Below are positions 38,478 to 48,652 of a DNA stretch of 64,000 nt, in pieces (positions within the stretch are counted from its first letter, which is position 1; each line of letters starts with the position of its first letter). Source of the stretch: Acidobacteriota bacterium (GTDB taxonomy: Bacteria > Acidobacteriota > UBA4820 > DSQY01); contig JBMFSH010000012.1 of the NCBI GenBank assembly GCA_049967655.1, positions 1 to 64,000 of the forward strand. The letters are read 5' to 3'. The notes under the pieces were generated by a model, which saw nothing but the letters and a program-made list of their open reading frames with translations, searched no databases and had not been told where the DNA came from. Both the position numbers and the translations under genes were made by a program.

Positions 38478-38945
38478 CTAGACCAGCCCCCTGAGGTCCA
38501 CGAGGACCTTGTCCATGTGGCCCTTGGCGCTGACCCTCGGATAGACCTTCAGGAGCGTGCCGTCGCGCCCCGCCACGAAGGTGCTCCGGATCATGCCCAT
38601 GGAGCGCCTCCCGTAGAGCACCTTCTCGCCCCAGGCCCCCACGGCCTCGCTGAGGGTACCCTCGACGTCGCTCAGCAGGGTGAAGGGGAGCTGGTGCCGC
38701 TCGATGAAGGCCGCGTGGGACTTGACCGAGTCCCTGGAGACGCCGGCCACGGCGTAGCCCAGCTTCCGGAACTCCTCCAAGCGGTCACGGAAGCCCTGGG
38801 CCTCCAGGGTGCAGCCGGGGGTGTTGTCCTTCGGGTAGAAGTAAAGCACGAGCCCCTTCGGCCCCGTCAGATCGGAGAATGACCTCTCCCGCCCGTCCTG
38901 GTCGGGAAGCTTGAAGAGTGGTAGCTTCTGGCCCTTTTCCAGCAT
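38478..38945 (-). CDS. bcp: Peroxiredoxin Bcp
   Basis: YFYPKDNTPGCT.EA, LLSD, G..RSTF. Confidence 0.93.
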   Translation of the reverse strand: MLEKGQKLPLFKLPDQDGRERSFSDLTGPKGLVLYFYPKDNTPGCTLEAQGFRDRLEEFRKLGYAVAGVSRDSVKSHAAFIERHQLPFTLLSDVEGTLSEAVGAWGEKVLYGRRSMGMIRSTFVAGRDGTLLKVYPRVSAKGHMDKVLVDLRGLV

Positions 38946-39102
38946 GGTCGCCTCTCCCTCTATGAGGGGTGCCGCCGTCTCGCGGCGGTGAATCCCCCTT
39001 TTTTTATTTTAACCCGCGAGGAGCGCCCCCTCTTCCATTCAGCCTGAACCGGTTCCCTCTGTGCCCCTGCGTCTCTGTGGTCAGCCTCTCCTTCGCGCCT
39101 CC

Positions 39103-39228
39103 AAATTCCGCGATGGAGCGCGGGTGCCTCCGGCTGCTGTTCGGGTTCACCGGGGAAAGGCGTTGTCTCCTGGGCGGGGAGGGCCATTCCCTCCCCGCCC
39201 CACGGGCAAAGCCCGATGGGGCCCCACC
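39103..39228 (-). repeat. Dispersed structured repeat, copy D
   Basis: Aligns to copy B along its length, with compensatory stem changes. Confidence 0.88.
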
Positions 39229-39264
39229 TCCACCTGGACCTCGCTCCCGCGCTATACTCGCCGC

Positions 39265-40293
39265 GTGAAGGCCCCGCTCTCCCCCCTCCGCCTCTACCTC
39301 GCCGGGATCAAGATCACGGTCTCCAACCCCGAGCTCCCCCTCTGGCAGTGGGGCGCAGCCCTCGTGCTGGGCGTCGGCTCCCTCGCCCCCCTGGCCGCCG
39401 GGGCCTTCTACCTCTTCCATCCCCTGTGGGCCTCCGGCCTCCGACACGAGAGCCCCGATGCCCTTCTGCTTCGAGTGCTGGAGGTGCTCATCCCCCGCCT
39501 GCCGTCCCTCTTCCTCCTCGCCGCCCTCTTCCTCCTCTGGGTGGCCCTCCTTTGCCTGCCCTACCTGTACGTCCAGGCGGGCCTCGCCGGCCTTCTCGCC
39601 TCGGCCTTCTTGCGCCTGCCTCCGGAGGGGCCGGCCTCCTCCTCCCGCCTCGGTTACTCGAAGGCCTTCCGCTGCTTCCGCTATGCCGAGTTCCGCGAAG
39701 AGGCCCGCCGGCGAGTCTGGGCCGTGAGCCTGCTCGCCTCCTACTACTCGCTCGCCGGCCTGGCCCTGGCGGCGGCCGTTCCCCTCGCGGGGTTCGCCCT
39801 CCACGCCCTCCTCCGCCCGAACCCGTGGGCGACCTATGCCGGGCTCCTCGGCGCCGGGGCTTTGGCCGTGGCCGAGGTCCCCCTCTTCGTGCTCCTCAAG
39901 GTCCACGCCCGCTACGCCCTGGCCTGCCTCGTGCTCTTCGACCTCCCGCCCGGCCGGAGCGTGGCGAGGGCCACCCGGCTCTTCCGGAGCCGGCCCCTCC
40001 CGGTGCTGGCCCTTTTCGGCATCGGCCTCCTCCTCGCCCTCATCCTGGCGGGGCTCTTCGCCGCGCTGGACGCCCCGATCGAGCTCCTCTCCTGGATTCC
40101 GCGGGCGAGCCTGTGGCTCGTGGGGCTCCGCGTGCTCCTGGCCCTGCTCCAGAACCTGGGAGGACAGGGGCTGAAGGTGGCGGGGCTCGGGGCAGCCATG
40201 GCGCTCTGCCGCGAGGAGGCCGGGCGCCCGGCTCCGGGGCCGCCGCGGCCGCGGGGCCGCCTTCCGGTTGACAGCTCCGCGGCCGCGGGGTAA
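39265..40293 (+). CDS. Hypothetical multi-pass membrane protein
   Basis: About six hydrophobic segments; GTG start after a TATACT -10-like site. Confidence 0.72.
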   Translation: MKAPLSPLRLYLAGIKITVSNPELPLWQWGAALVLGVGSLAPLAAGAFYLFHPLWASGLRHESPDALLLRVLEVLIPRLPSLFLLAALFLLWVALLCLPYLYVQAGLAGLLASAFLRLPPEGPASSSRLGYSKAFRCFRYAEFREEARRRVWAVSLLASYYSLAGLALAAAVPLAGFALHALLRPNPWATYAGLLGAGALAVAEVPLFVLLKVHARYALACLVLFDLPPGRSVARATRLFRSRPLPVLALFGIGLLLALILAGLFAALDAPIELLSWIPRASLWLVGLRVLLALLQNLGGQGLKVAGLGAAMALCREEAGRPAPGPPRPRGRLPVDSSAAAG

Positions 40294-40299
40294 AAAGCC

Positions 40300-40932
40300 G
40301 TGGAGCGAGGTGAGCCCGTGGCCCAAAGAGCGAAGCCCTCCGAACCCGAACCCTCCGGCCGTACGCTGGTGGTGGCCGCCACCGGCGCCAGCGGCGCGCG
40401 CCTGGCGGTGCGCTTCCTCGGCCACCTCCTGGCCCATCCCGGCGTCGGGGCCGTGCACTTCGTGGGTTCGCGCGCCTTCGCCCTCGTGGCCTCCCGCGAG
40501 GAGGGGAGGAAGCTTCCCGAGATGCTCAAGGGGCTGACCGGGCGGGAGAAGCTGCACCTCTACCAGGAGGAGCAGCTCGACGCCTGCGTCTCCTCGGGCT
40601 CCTTCCCGGTGGACGGCACGGTCATCATTCCGGCGAGCATGTCCACGGTGGGCGCCGTCGCCTCGGGCGCCGGCAGGACCCTCTGCCACCGCGTGGCCGA
40701 GGTGGCCCTCAAGGAGCGCCGCCCCCTCATCTTGGTCCCCCGCGAGACCCCCCTCTCCCTGATCCACCTGCGGAACCTCGCCACCCTGGCCGAGGCCGGC
40801 GCCCTCATCGCCCCCTTCATCCCCGCCTTCTACCAGAGGCCGGCCTCCGTCGAGGCCCTGATGGACCACTTCTTCATGCGCCTCTTCGACCACCTGGGCC
40901 TGCCCTCCGCCCTCTCCACGCGATGGGCCTGA
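40300..40932 (+). CDS. ubiX: Flavin prenyltransferase UbiX
   Basis: TGASGA, SSGS, PASMST, LKERRPLILVPRETP, PAFY. Confidence 0.94.
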   Translation: MERGEPVAQRAKPSEPEPSGRTLVVAATGASGARLAVRFLGHLLAHPGVGAVHFVGSRAFALVASREEGRKLPEMLKGLTGREKLHLYQEEQLDACVSSGSFPVDGTVIIPASMSTVGAVASGAGRTLCHRVAEVALKERRPLILVPRETPLSLIHLRNLATLAEAGALIAPFIPAFYQRPASVEALMDHFFMRLFDHLGLPSALSTRWA

Positions 40933-41804
40933 GACACTTCGGGCGGCGGCTCTGGGCCGTCCTGGACATGATCAAGGTCCACCACACCATCTTCGCCCTG
41001 CCCTTCGCCCTGCTCGCCATGCTCTGGGCCGCGCGCGGCTGGCCCTCCTGGCGGACCTTCGGCTGGATCCTTTTGGCCATGGTGGCGGCGCGCTCGGCGG
41101 CCATGACCTTCAACCGCATCGCGGACCGCCGCTACGACGTGGAGAACCCGCGCACCTCCCGCTGGCCCCTCTCCACCGGCGCCGTCTCCCTCCCCTTCGC
41201 CTGGGGCTTCCTCGCCGCGTGCGTGCTCCTGCTCCTGCTCGCCGCCTGGCGGCTCAACCCCCTCTGCCTCGCCCTGGCCCCCCTCGCCCTGGCCGTCCTC
41301 CTCGGCTACTCCCTCACCAAGCGCTTCACCGTCTTCTGCCACCTCTTCCTCGGCTTCGCCGACGGCATCTCGGCCCCCGGCGCCTGGATCGCCGTGACGG
41401 GGACCCTGCACGGCTCCGCCCCCGCCTGGTGGCTCTGCGGCGCCATGACCGCATGGATCGGCGGCTTCGACCTCCTCTACGCCCTCCAGGACCTCGCCTT
41501 CGACCGCGAGAAGGGGCTCTACTCCTTCCCGGCGCGCTACGGCGTGCGGCCCGCCCTCCGCCTCTCCACCGCCGCCCACCTCGCCACCGTCGCCTGCCTG
41601 ATCGCCGCCGGCCTCGGCGCCGGCGCCGGATGGCTCTTTTACGCCGGCGTCGCCGCCACCCTCCTCCTCCTCCTCTACGAGCACAGCCTCGTCAAGCCCG
41701 GCGACCTCAGCCGCCTCGGCAAGGCCTTTTTCACCGTCAACGGCTACATCGCCATCGGCCTCTTCCTCGTCGCCGCCGCCGATTTGTGGATGGGCAAGAG
41801 GTAG
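40923..41804 (+). CDS. mqnP: UbiA-family prenyltransferase (MqnP-like, menaquinone synthesis)
   Basis: MIK..HT.FALPFA, ARSAAM.FNR..D..YD..NPRT, YS.TKRFT, FD..YALQD..FD, FF.VNG. Confidence 0.85.
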   Translation: MGLRHFGRRLWAVLDMIKVHHTIFALPFALLAMLWAARGWPSWRTFGWILLAMVAARSAAMTFNRIADRRYDVENPRTSRWPLSTGAVSLPFAWGFLAACVLLLLLAAWRLNPLCLALAPLALAVLLGYSLTKRFTVFCHLFLGFADGISAPGAWIAVTGTLHGSAPAWWLCGAMTAWIGGFDLLYALQDLAFDREKGLYSFPARYGVRPALRLSTAAHLATVACLIAAGLGAGAGWLFYAGVAATLLLLLYEHSLVKPGDLSRLGKAFFTVNGYIAIGLFLVAAADLWMGKR

Positions 41805-41904
41805 GGCAGAGGTGCGGAGGAGCAGAGGAGCAAGGTCTCCCGTTTCTGGCGCACCGTTCCCCCGTCATCCCGTGGGACACCCCCGGCAGGCCGGGCGGAG
41901 CCCG

Positions 41905-42273
41905 GGGGGATGGAATGCGCCGGCCGAGCTTCCCGGCCTTGTGGAACGGGTCCCCGATCTCCGGCTCCTCCTCGAAGGCGTTGTCGGCGGCGCTCATGAC
42001 CTCGCTGATCCACCGCTTGGCCTCGTCGATCCTCTGGTTCACGGGGACGTTGCCCGTGCTGAAGGCGGTCTTGGCATCCGCCTGAGTCCCGAAGGCGGCG
42101 CGGATCTCCTCCAGGAGCTTCTCCAGCTCGTCCACCTTGGCCGGCGGGAACTTGTCCGCCAGCTCCTTCGCGTGCGCCCTAGCCACCGCCACCGACACGC
42201 CGCCCTGCTCGATCATCCGCTGCGCCGAGAACCTCGACCCGATGACAACCAGCTCCTGTTCGCCGTTAGCCAT
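41905..42273 (-). pseudogene. Probably truncated helical hypothetical protein
   Basis: SD plus ATG at 42273; about 120 strongly coding-like codons (MANGEQ...GRRIP), then the frame runs into low-complexity GC repeats and antisense into mqnP. Confidence 0.55.
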
Positions 42274-42495
42274 GCGACCTTCCCCTCCACGAACGCGCCC
42301 GTTCCCCACATCCGGCGCGGCCTCACGCTCCGCCGCCCCCTTGGAACCGATGATTGGATGGCGCCGTCCTAACAGAAGGACGTCAGAAAGGCAAAGCAGA
42401 CCCTCTGTCCCCCATGGCGCTCGCAGGTTTCGGAGAGAGCGAGCCCCCAGGGCGTCCTGGGGGTTCGCCCGTCCAGGGCTGCGGTGAGCAGCTCT

Positions 42496-44508
42496 TCACG
42501 GGCATCTCGTGGAATCGTAAGATTGCCCGTCGTCAATGGGCGTATCCTTCTGATCGTGCGGAACGCCAACTCTCACGGTGCCGCTGCAAGTGCCACCCTT
42601 CCCATCGCCGGCGGTGAACGAGATGGCATACACACGCCCGTTGCCCGTCCCCGAGCGCTCGGCGCGCACCTGCGCCTGGGCAGAACCCACTCCAAAGCCG
42701 TCGGGGCACGTATCTCCGTCGCCCAAGCCATTGGTGGGCTCGTCCTGCGTGATGCCGGTGATCTGGATGGTCACCGGATCGCCGTCCGGATCGGTGACGC
42801 CCGTGATCGCGATGGAGACCAGCTTGTGGTTGGGGGGCCAGAGCAGGGCCGGGCTTGCCGAGGCCTGGCTGCAATCGGGAGGGCGGTTAGGAGGCATCAC
42901 GCCGGTCGCCACTTGAAGCTGGTTCGACGCGCAATTGTTGCTTTCGTTCGTCTCGAAGACCTGGTGGTCCGCGTCCGCGCAGGCGTCGAGGTAGTAATTG
43001 CCAGCGGGCAGGTTCGGCGGAATGACGTAGGGCGCCGTTTCCACCGAGCTCTTCTCGCCAGGGGCGAGGGCAGGGATGGCGCGTTCCCCGACGACCGTCG
43101 CGGTTGCCGGATCGACCGGACTCGAGGTCGAGAGGTAATATCGCGTGATGCTCGGGCCGGCGGGGAGAATCCCTATGTTCATCGTCGTCTCGGTAATGTA
43201 AAAGGTCTGGCCCGGGGCGGAGATGAGCAGCGGGGGAATGAAGATTGGCACGGTGAGATCCGGTCCACCCGTCCAGGAGACCGTGACGGGTTCCGAGAAG
43301 ACACCGTTGGCTGTGCAATCGGTGAGCGACTCGCCTTGTCGTCCGTGGCTCTTTCCGGTAGGTGTGCCCTTTCCTTTCGTGGCTGCGCCCTGCCGGGCGT
43401 ACAACATTCCCGTGTTCGCCCGCAAGGTGTCCACACCGACCTTGGTACCTGTATACGTAAAGCTGAAGGTCCCGTCGCCCGCCGTGGTCCCGTGGGTTCC
43501 CTGGCCGCGCTGTGGGCCGTCGGTCACCTCAATGTCGACGTAGTTGTTCGCGATGGGCTGGCCGTTGGCGACATTCACCAACATGGCCGTCGCGGTATGT
43601 GGCTGGCCAATCGCATGCGTGGCTGACGCCGGTGTCAGGGTGAGCTTGGGCGCGCAGGGCCAAGGAAGATTCTGTTGCAGGTAGAGGGCGTTGTAGTACA
43701 CGAGCGCGTAGCCCTCGCTCGTGCGCTGCGAGGGCGCCGCGGCCTGAGTCGCATCGATCACCGCCTGGAGCTTCGCGTTCACCATGGCTTGGTCCTGCGC
43801 TACCGCCGCTTGACGGGCGGCGGAAAGGTTGGATTGAATCGTCGAGAGCAAGGCCGCATCCGAAATCCATCCAAGCTGGCCGGCGGTGGCAACATCGCTA
43901 ATGAATTCGTTCCAATGAGCAAACGAGCCTGGATCCACACCCAAGGGACCAAGGGTCTGAACTTTTCGGATATAGCTGAGATTGATCGGATCCGATTCGC
44001 TGGGGAGCAACTCCCCCCCCTCGTAGGTAGCCAATGCATCGAGGTAGGGTTGGATCCATGGGTTGATCCACGCTTCACGAATGGTGGGTGGCCGCGGCGA
44101 CTGGAAGCTGAACGGACCGGCACTCGTACCAGGTGATGGCGGGTTGGGCATATCATCCCACATCGCCCAGTCCACGAAGGGCTGATTGGGCACGAGAACG
44201 AAAGGTGGTTGAGGGGGATTCGAGACAATACCTATTGGTGCCCAGCCTGCCGACGAACCGAGCGTGACGGAGGTTTCTGCCCCGCCTACGACAATCTCAA
44301 AATCCGAGAGCTCTGCGGTGTTTGAGGCTGGGTTGGTCAAGGTATATCCGTACATGTACGAGCCTGAATTGGGATCCTCGGTGACTGCCACTTGTATGGT
44401 TATGCCTTGAAACACTGGCGGTACGGGCTGCGCCCGAAGCGCCACCGAGAACAGAGAGACCATGAGCCAGCCCAGGCAAGCAGTACGCCCACAAAATTTT
44501 GTAACCAT
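42496..44508 (-). CDS. Secreted multidomain protein (signal peptide, helical bundle, Ig-like, CARDB-like, C-terminal LWPPNH domain)
   Basis: Signal peptide; PDL...ADAD.QVFETNESNN CARDB-type motif; LWPPNHKL...RAERSG.GNGRVY.I; lower GC than flanks. Confidence 0.85.
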   Translation of the reverse strand: MVTKFCGRTACLGWLMVSLFSVALRAQPVPPVFQGITIQVAVTEDPNSGSYMYGYTLTNPASNTAELSDFEIVVGGAETSVTLGSSAGWAPIGIVSNPPQPPFVLVPNQPFVDWAMWDDMPNPPSPGTSAGPFSFQSPRPPTIREAWINPWIQPYLDALATYEGGELLPSESDPINLSYIRKVQTLGPLGVDPGSFAHWNEFISDVATAGQLGWISDAALLSTIQSNLSAARQAAVAQDQAMVNAKLQAVIDATQAAAPSQRTSEGYALVYYNALYLQQNLPWPCAPKLTLTPASATHAIGQPHTATAMLVNVANGQPIANNYVDIEVTDGPQRGQGTHGTTAGDGTFSFTYTGTKVGVDTLRANTGMLYARQGAATKGKGTPTGKSHGRQGESLTDCTANGVFSEPVTVSWTGGPDLTVPIFIPPLLISAPGQTFYITETTMNIGILPAGPSITRYYLSTSSPVDPATATVVGERAIPALAPGEKSSVETAPYVIPPNLPAGNYYLDACADADHQVFETNESNNCASNQLQVATGVMPPNRPPDCSQASASPALLWPPNHKLVSIAITGVTDPDGDPVTIQITGITQDEPTNGLGDGDTCPDGFGVGSAQAQVRAERSGTGNGRVYAISFTAGDGKGGTCSGTVRVGVPHDQKDTPIDDGQSYDSTRCP

Positions 44509-44511
44509 GGC

Positions 44512-45497
44512 TCAGCCTCCAACCAATTCATAGTGGATTTCTTGTTTTTCATAGCGAGTAAGCAGCAGGGCTGCTGCGAGGCGATTGAGAAGGTTCTCCT
44601 GAACGCGGGCTGCCGCTCCGCCCCCGATCCACGGGGCAGCAGTGGTTCACGTCGGCGGACGTGCCCACCCGGTGGAGCTCATGTGGGCAGTCCCAGTTGT
44701 CCTGGAAATCCAAAATACCCCCCCAGGGAAGGCTCATATCGTTGAAGGAAAGCCTGACCCACACCCCGTCATGTTGTGGTAGCTGGCCCGGTAATTCTGG
44801 GCGAGTTGCACCAGCTTTTTGGCCATCGCTGGTTTCACGTAATCACCCACAGGATGATCCCCGGCATTACGGACAACCACGAGAGAGGGATCCGAAGGGA
44901 GTTCGACAAGCCCGTCCACGTGAAGCCGGACGCCCATTTGAGAGTAGCCCGTGCGGCCGCTGGGGTCGGAAGGGTCCACGTGCCAGCAGTCGTCAGGAAC
45001 AATGTGGTAGTTAGGGGAGCGATGCACCGGGCTGTGATTCGAACCACTCCGGAGCACTGTGGATGGTACTTGTAGCCTGTCCATATTTGTCCGCCGGTGT
45101 CGCCGGTGAAGGTGTTCGTATCCGCAACACCCGAGAGATCCGAATACAGACCGCCCGTCGTCATGGCGACGTCGCCCGAGCGCGGGTGGACGTGACCGCC
45201 TTCGTAATACAGAATCGTGGCGGGATCTTGCAGGCCATCTGTGGAAAAGAACTCTGTCCAGTCCTCGTGGCAATTCAGCGGTAATCCGGTGTAGAGGTCG
45301 TAGCACCCTACCTGAAAGGCGTCGAAGTCAAGTGGCACTGCGCGCAGGGAGGAACACTTCCCATAAGTCTGTGGGATGGTAGGGCTTGCGTCCCACCAGT
45401 ACCAGGGCAGCTCGGTTTGAGCGTATGTTCCCAGGCTCAGTACAAGAGTAAGCAGGGTAACCGTGAGAATGACCGTGGTGCCGCCGAGACGAACCAT
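44512..45497 (-). pseudogene. Frameshifted secreted MepA-like (LAS-type Zn) murein endopeptidase
   Basis: Pieces in successive frames join at G/C homopolymers: signal peptide, NDMSLPWGG...PHELHRVGTSAD, IHYELVGG*; stop lies 3 nt before the next ATG. Confidence 0.72.
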
Positions 45498-45668
45498 ACA
45501 AACCTCCTTTCCAGGCAACGAGCTAGTTGATGGTATGTATGGTCCCCAATTCTTCACATATCAATGGTTTCTGTGTTGAAACCCCTCCCTGTCTTACCGC
45601 CCCTCCTCCGTACAAGTCACGTCCCCCGCCCGTGGTGTGGTATGCTGAAGTCATCTCCGGAGGACTTC

Positions 45669-48578
45669 ATGACACCCATCGAGTTCATCCACAAGTGGCG
45701 GGACGCGGCGTTGTCGGAGCGCTCGGCGTGCCAGCAGCACTTTCTGGACCTGTGCGAGCTGGTGGGCCACCCGAAGCCGGCGGAGGTGGACAAGACGGGC
45801 GAGTCCTTCACCTTCGAGCGCGGCGCGGCCAAGACCGACGGCGGCGACGGCTGGGCGGACGTCTGGAAGCGGGGCTTCTTCGGCTGGGAGTACAAGGGCC
45901 GCCACGCCAACCTCGCCAAGGCCTACGGCCAGCTCCTCCAGTACCGGGAGGCGCTGGAGAACCCGCCCCTGCTCGTGGTGTGCGACATGGACCGCCTGGA
46001 GATCCACACCAACTTCACGGGGACGCGCACCGAGGTCCACGCGCTGCGCCTCGTGGAGCTGGACATGCCCCGCAGCCGGGAGATTCTGCACGCCCTCTTC
46101 TTCGACCCGGAGAAGCTCCGCCCCGGCGCCACCAGCGCCTCCATCACCACCGAGGCCGCCGCCCACATCGGCGAGATCGCCCAGCGCCTGCGCGCCCGAG
46201 GCGAGCAGCCGGCCCAGGTGGCGCGCTTCCTCGACCGCCTCGTCTTCTGCCTCTTCGCCGAGGACATCGGCCTGCTGCCCGAGGCGCTCTTCTCGCGCCT
46301 CCTCCACAAGACCCGGGACGATCCGCCCCGCTTCCAGAAGCTCGTCTCGGACCTCTTCGAGGCCATGGCCAAGGGCGGCGATTTCGGCATGGACACGATC
46401 CGCTGGTTCAACGGCTCGCTCTTCGCCCACGGGCCCGTCCTGCCGCTGGAGGAGGGGGAGCTGGCCATCCTCGACCGGGCCGCCGCCCTGGACTGGAGCG
46501 CCGTGGACGCCTCCATCTTCGGCACCCTCTTCGAGCGGGGCCTCGACCCGGACAAGCGCTCCCAGCTCGGCGCCCACTACACGAGCCGCGCCGACATCGA
46601 GGCCCTGGTGGAGCCCGTGGTCATGGCGCCCCTTCGCCGCCGCTGGCAGGAGGTGCGCGCGCGGGCCGAGGAGGCCCTGGCGGCCCTCGACCGCCGGCCG
46701 GGCCGCAAGGCCCTCACGCCGCAGGCCGCCGCGCGCATCCGCGACAGGGCCTCGGGCATCGCGGGCGCCTTCCTCTTCGAGCTGCACACCCTCACCGTCC
46801 TGGACCCGGCCTGCGGCTCGGGCAACTTCCTCTACGTGACGCTCCAGAAGCTCAAGGACCTGGAGAAGGAGGTCGGCGTCTGGGCCGTGGGGCGAGGGCT
46901 CGGTCAGTTCCTGCCCATGGTCCACCCGCACCAGCTCTACGGCATCGAGGTGAACCCCTACGCCCACGAGCTGGCCTAGATGACCGTCTGGATCGGCTAC
47001 CTCCAGTGGATCAGCGCCAACGGCTTCGGCCTGCCCCACGACCCCGTCCTCGAATCGCTGGAGCGCCACTTCCTCTGCCGCGACGCCATCCTCGACCTGG
47101 GCGACCCGGATCATCCGAAGGAGCCCGAGTGGCCCGAGGCCGACTGCATCGTCGGCAACCCGCCCTTCCTGGGGGGGAAGATCCTGAGGCGCGAGCTGGG
47201 CGATTCGTACGTGGACCGGCTCTTCGCCCTGTGGGACGGCCGCGTGCCGCGCGAGGCCGACCTGTGCGCCTACTGGTTCGAGAAGGCGAGGGACCAGGTG
47301 GAGGCGGGGCGCTGCCGGCGCGCCGACCTGCTCGCCACCCAGGGCATCCGCGGCGGGGCCAACCGCAAGGTCCTGGAGCGGATCAAAGAGACGGGCGAGA
47401 TCTTCTTCGCCGAGAGCGACCGCCCGTGGATCCTCGACGGCGCCAACGTCCACGTCAGCATGGTGGGCTTCGACCGGGGGGAGGAGACGGCGCGCCTCCT
47501 GGACGGAAAGGCCGTGCCGGTGATCCACGCCAACCTCACCGCCGCGGCGGACACCACCCAGGCGGCGCGGCTTCCCGAGAACCGGGGCCTCGCCTACATG
47601 GGCGACACCAAGAGGGGGCCCTTCGATATTCCCGAGGCCCGCGCCCTCGACTGGCTTCAGAGGCCCAACCCGCACGGGCGACCCAACTCGGACGTGGTCG
47701 TGCCCTGGGTCAACGGCTTGGACGTGACGGGCCGGCCGCGCTCCCTGTGGATCGTGGACTTCGGCGCGGCGATTGCCGAGGAGGCTGCGGCCCGGTACGA
47801 GGCTCCCTTCGAGTACGTGCGCGAGCGGGTGAAACCGGAACGGGATAAGTCGCGAAGTACGGTTGGGATTTGGTGGCAACATGAACGAGCCAGGCTGGAC
47901 ATGCGGGAGGCGTTGGCGAACGTGCCGCGCTTCCTGTCCACGGTGGCCGTCTCCAAGCATCGGCTCTTCACCTGGATGCGATCGCCCACATTGCCGGACC
48001 ACCAGGTCTTCGCCTTTGCCGGCTCGGACGACTATCTCTTCGCCCTCCTCCACTCGCGCTTCCACGAGGCGTGGGCGCTGAAGTTGGGCACGCGGTTGGA
48101 GACAAGGCCCCGCTACACCCCCACGACCTGCTTCGAGACCTTCCCCTTCCCCTGGCCGCCGGGACACGAGCCGGCGGAGGACCCGCGCGTGCGGGCCATC
48201 GCCGACGCCGCCCGGGAGCTGAACCGCCTCCGGGAGGGCTGGCTCAACCCGCCCGAGTGGACGCGGGAGGAGATCCTCACCTTCCCCGGCTCCGCGGAGG
48301 GCCCCTGGGGCCGCTTCGTCACGGAGCCCGACGCGCGCGGCATCGGCACCGTCCGCTACCCCCGTCTCGTCCCCAGGGACGAGGCCAGCGCCGTGGCCCT
48401 CAAGGCCCGCACCCTCACCGGCCTCTACAACCAGCGCCCCACTTGGCTCGCCAACGCGCACCAAACCCTCGACGCCGCCGTCGCCGCCGCCTACGCCTGG
48501 CCCCCCGACCTCCCCGACGAGCAGATCCTCCAACGCCTCCTCGCCCTCAACCGCGAGAGGGCGGGGAAGAGTGTTTAG
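45669..48578 (+). pseudogene. MmeI-like Type IIL restriction endonuclease/m6A methyltransferase with one in-frame TAG (46977-46979)
   Basis: AD...EYK nuclease motif, GAHYT, LDPACGSGNF (motif I), GIE, VGNPPF (motif IV), TRD, RYTPTTCFETFPFP; 969 codons in one frame if the TAG is read through. Confidence 0.88.
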
Positions 48579-48652
48579 TTATCCGTTAGCAGCGAGGCAC
48601 TAGCCGCCGGGTCGAAAAGGTTGGGAGCAATTGCTGCTTAGAGGAGGGTCCT

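Noticed and set aside
42455..42516. Weak resemblance (cccgtccaggg...tcgtggaat) to the A-D repeat family
   Set aside because: Short discontinuous match, partly inside the natural C-terminus of the 42496..44508 CDS.
45651..48533. 960 aa antisense ORF spanning the MTase (and many similar long antisense or alternate-frame ORFs)
   Set aside because: Shadow ORFs expected from high GC3 codon bias; no motifs, and they overlap well-supported genes.
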